Shown here: one piece after another, positions 61,579-64,000 of the stretch
Layout of the letters: each line of letters begins with the position of its first letter
How positions within the stretch are numbered: position 1 is the stretch's first letter
DNA from: Eledone cirrhosa
Lineage: Eukaryota
Reading direction: 5' to 3'
DNA: 64,000 nucleotides
Assembly: GCA_964016885.1 (NCBI GenBank)
Contig: OZ024740.1
Coordinates: 117,490,001 to 117,554,000 of the forward strand
Position numbers and translations under genes: made by a program
The notes under the pieces: generated by a model
What the model was told of the DNA's origin: nothing
Seen by the model: the letters and a program-made list of their open reading frames with translations, nothing else
Database searches by the model: none

Positions 61579-62159
61579 AATTTACATTGACTGCCATGCA
61601 TAAACAAAACAAAACAAAAACTAATACGCAGCTGCTATTCTTCATTCGGAGTCCGATTCTTGCTGGTGTACTATGTCGTAGTACACGCCTGTTCAGCTGG
61701 AGAAAATGAGTCACAGCAGGAATAAAATGCGCCAGACTTGTGACACATTGTGTTATGCCGTATCTCACTGAGAATTTCGAAAAGTGTACACGTGTCGTTG
61801 TAATTTCACTGGTAATTTCACAAGAAGTATGTTCCTTGTATAAGACAAATGAAACACTCATCATTAGTACTGTCGGAGTTCCAACAATGAATATCTTATG
61901 TGAGTAAGAGGGGCAAAAGCTAACTTAAGTGTAAATATATAGAGCTATTTCTGTTGAAATGTAAATCCATGTGACCATAAGAAATTAAAAAACATCACTT
62001 GTATTAATTATGTTTCCAGTCTTCAGAAATTAAAATGCGTTTACATTATTAATAACGCAAATAATTAATTATAATTATAATTTAATTAAAAGTAAAAAAG
62101 TTGGAAACATTTCAAAACTGAGTTAATTATGTCCAACATTCGACGTCAATTCGTAATCA

Positions 62160-62412
62160 AGTATATACGTATATATGTATGTATGTATGTATGTATGTAA
62201 GCATGTATGTATGTATGTTTGTATGTATGTATATGTGTATATATGTAAGTGTGTATGCATGTGTGTATGTATGTGTGTATGTATGTGTGTATGTATGTGT
62301 GTATGCATGTAAGTGTGTATGTATGCATGTATGTATGTGTGTATGTACGTGTGTATGTATGTATGTGTGTATGTATGTATGTGTGTATGTATGTGTATAT
62401 GTATGTATGTAT
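62160..62412. repeat. (TATG/TGTG)n microsatellite
   Basis: Seen directly. Confidence 0.95.
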
Positions 62413-62489
62413 CATGTACCAATGAATGGACAGATATAGAAATATGTAAAACTATTTACATTAATATTGGTTTAGAAGGCTAAGAATGT

Positions 62490-63068
62490 TTGGCGAGGGG
62501 AAGTTGATTAATCACTGGTACTTTATTTTATCGGACCCATAAGGATTAAAGAAACAGCTAACCTCGGCGGGATTTAAACTCAGAACCTAAATAGCCGTAA
62601 ATACATGTCACAAAACATGTTGTCCAACACTCTACCGATACTGCCAATCTACCGTCCTTAATGCTTTCTGATTTAGGCACATGGCCAACACTATTTTGGG
62701 ATGGGAAAAGTCGATTAATTCAACCCCAGTGCGTTAATGTTACTTTATATCATCAACACCATAAGGATGAAAGGCACAGCTAACGTCGACAGGATTTGAA
62801 CTCCGAACGTAAAGGCCCGCAACTACATCCCGTCAAACATATCCGACGCTCTACCGATACTGCGAAATAATAATGATAATAAAGAAGATGATGATAATTG
62901 TTTCTACATTTTGGCACAAGGCCAGAAATTTAATGGAGAAGGAAAAGTCGATTAAATCGACCCCATTGAAAGGCACAGTTAACTTTGGCCGGATTTGAAG
63001 TCAGAACATAAAGGGACGTAAGTATATACCGTAAACATGTTGTTAGACACTTTAATGTTTCTGCCAAA
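62490..63068 (-). mobile_element. Three degenerate tandem SINE copies
   Basis: GGATTT.AA.TC.GAAC and CTACCGATACTGC motifs repeated. Confidence 0.8.
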
Positions 63069-64000
63069 TAATGACGATGACGATGATGATAATGATATAC
63101 ATACTTACAACACACTTTATACTGAGGAGGTTACAAAATATATGGGGCTGGCCAAGAAAAAAGAGATGTGTATGGACATTATAACACACATTAATTGAAA
63201 TATAATATTAAAGTAAAAGTACAGAAAATATTTAGAGTTATCTTCCATCACATGTAAGAGCCACTAGTTACGTTGGACCAGAGCAACGTATGACTGATAT
63301 TTTCCTAAACCGCACAATTATTAATCTCAAACGAGCCTGTGAGTAATTTTGGTGACAGATGTGTAAGATATTCACTATTTCTTCTACCAAACTAAAAGCC
63401 TAACGTCTGTCTGGAGCCAGGAGGATTATCTAGCAAGTGCTTATCCCGGTTTCTGTGGCGTGAAGAATACAAGACTTTCCCCTTAAGAGGACGCCAATCT
63501 ATCATAGGATTAATCCCCCCTCCTACTGCTGGTACTCAATTTCAGCTATGTATACCGGCGCTATGTAGAATGAAGTATTTTGATCAAGATCACCTGCCAG
63601 TCCAAGAAATGAACCATGCCATTATGATCGTAAGTCCAACACCCTTATCTACGAAACTGCACCGTACAATTTCATTGGCTGGTTATGTGGTTTTTAATAA
63701 CAGTCTACCAACTCGATCAACATTTCGGCTTCCTTCATTTCGTTTATTAGATCTATCAGTTATTTTTCTGTTATGTGAAGAGTTGTGATCTTCAATTCGT
63801 TGTTGAGGTGATAGGCTTTTCCTTACACATTTTGCTTCCCTTAATCTTGGCGTATATATCTTTTCAGGTTCTTTTTTTTCCCGTTGTCGCTGGAAGTCTA
63901 TCAACCCTGTTCGCTTTCTATATCTTCTGCATTATTACAAATCGATGAGGTAGAACTGTTGGCTATATTGAGTATAGTTCTCTCTAGGCTCATGGCTGGC

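Overview
AT-rich animal genomic DNA. The SINE set and repeat landscape suggest an octopod cephalopod (inference). No host protein-coding gene is recognisable. The left ~41 kb is a (TA)n microsatellite field with one 200-N gap, and it acts as a landing zone for retroelements. It holds three Penelope-like element (PLE) families with a C-terminal GIY-YIG endonuclease (probably Hydra clade) and inverted pseudo-LTRs, several short non-coding hammerhead-bearing repeats, and two CR1-group LINE families, one with intact ORFs. The right ~22 kb holds a decaying tRNA-Leu array with one intact gene, many tRNA-derived SINEs, MITEs and RTE fragments. The strongest observations are three. (1) A ~520-nt non-coding retrozyme-like element has an inverted copy that starts exactly at its predicted hammerhead cleavage site. 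(2) Six repeat families carry minimal or non-canonical hammerhead motifs, including G17 variants. (3) Both divergent LINE families have an in-frame U-UUU-UUA slippery heptamer in the ORF1/ORF2 overlap and no usable ORF2 AUG, which predicts -1 ribosomal frameshifting. The many Tyr/Ile-rich ORFs are microsatellite artefacts. All coordinates were read by eye.
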